A stretch of DNA of 64,000 nucleotides, from NCBI GenBank assembly GCA_963847185.1, contig CAWJYV010000007.1:800001-864000 (forward strand), read 5' to 3'. Shown one piece after another: positions 63,543 to 64,000 of this stretch (the stretch's first letter is position 1; each line of letters begins with the position of its first letter). Under the pieces are notes generated by a model, which was given only the letters and a program-made list of their open reading frames with translations, did not search any database and had not been told where the DNA came from. A program made the translations under genes and the position numbers. The stretch is from an uncultured Methanosarcinaceae archaeon. GTDB taxonomy: Archaea > Halobacteriota > Methanosarcinia > Methanosarcinales > Methanosarcinaceae.

Positions 63543-64000
63543 ATGGAGCTAATTGAAAAAACGAGGGAATTTGTCGCCTCTTTTCTAGAAGAAGAACCCA
63601 GTTCCCATGATATGGGACATATCAATAGAGTAGAAGCCCTCTGTCTGGAAATCCAGAAAGAAGAAGGAGGAGATCTATTCGTGCTTCAGCTCGCAGCCCT
63701 CCTTCACGATGTCGGAGTTGTCAGGGAACACGAAGAAGGAGGGGACCATGCTGTGTACAGTGCGGAAATAGCCTCGGAATTCCTCGGGAAAGCAGGTGTT
63801 CGAAAAGAGCTTATTGAAGCGGTTACAGGCTGTATTCTGACCCACCGTTTTAGTGGAGGAATAGTCCCTGAAACTCTCGAAGCCCGGATTTTGCAGGATG
63901 CCGACAGGCTTGATGCCCTTGGTGCAGTAGGAATTTTCAGAGCTGTTTTTTCTATGGGCGCTCTCAGGATGTTAAAACATGCAACAGGCTTGGATAAGGG
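63543..64000 (+). CDS. HD-domain metal-dependent phosphohydrolase (runs off the window)
   Basis: Manual translation: MELIEKTREF...SHDMGHINRV...AALLHDVG...ILQDADRLDALGAVG. Confidence 0.88.
   Translation, partial: MELIEKTREFVASFLEEEPSSHDMGHINRVEALCLEIQKEEGGDLFVLQLAALLHDVGVVREHEEGGDHAVYSAEIASEFLGKAGVRKELIEAVTGCILTHRFSGGIVPETLEARILQDADRLDALGAVGIFRAVFSMGALRMLKHATGLDK

Noticed and set aside
1-64000. tRNA/rRNA genes or in-frame TAG (pyrrolysine) read-through genes
   Set aside because: None recognised by eye; tRNAscan-SE/Infernal were not run

Overview
Archaeal chromosomal segment, most likely Methanosarcina (S8e, archaeal PoK/PPS/CoaBC CoA pathway, PKD/YVTN/PGF surface proteins, long AT-rich intergenics). 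Housekeeping blocks at about 1.4-16 kb and 54-64 kb flank an accessory region. That region holds a split type IV pilus-like locus, an IS1634 inserted in a methyltransferase, a frameshifted Cache-domain pentameric ligand-gated ion channel gene, surface proteins, and a type I R-M island (hsdR 37.8 kb, hsdS/hsdM 47-50.5 kb) with about 6.5 kb of cargo. The most striking unexplained signal lies in this island: two related arrays (42.3-42.9 kb, 8 x 67-nt units; 50.7-50.9 kb, 3 units). Their hairpin units show compensatory base changes. Each array is enclosed by a terminal stem, preceded by a conserved TATA-like box about 30 nt upstream and followed by a conserved T-rich tail, so they look like modular structured ncRNAs. 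Each unit also reads as a short ORF (mostly 19-24 codons). Next to them is a coupled antitoxin-like/PIN/TIM-barrel-like operon whose third gene is interrupted by a 5'-truncated IS701 fragment. All family calls come from motif recognition by eye; no database searches were run.
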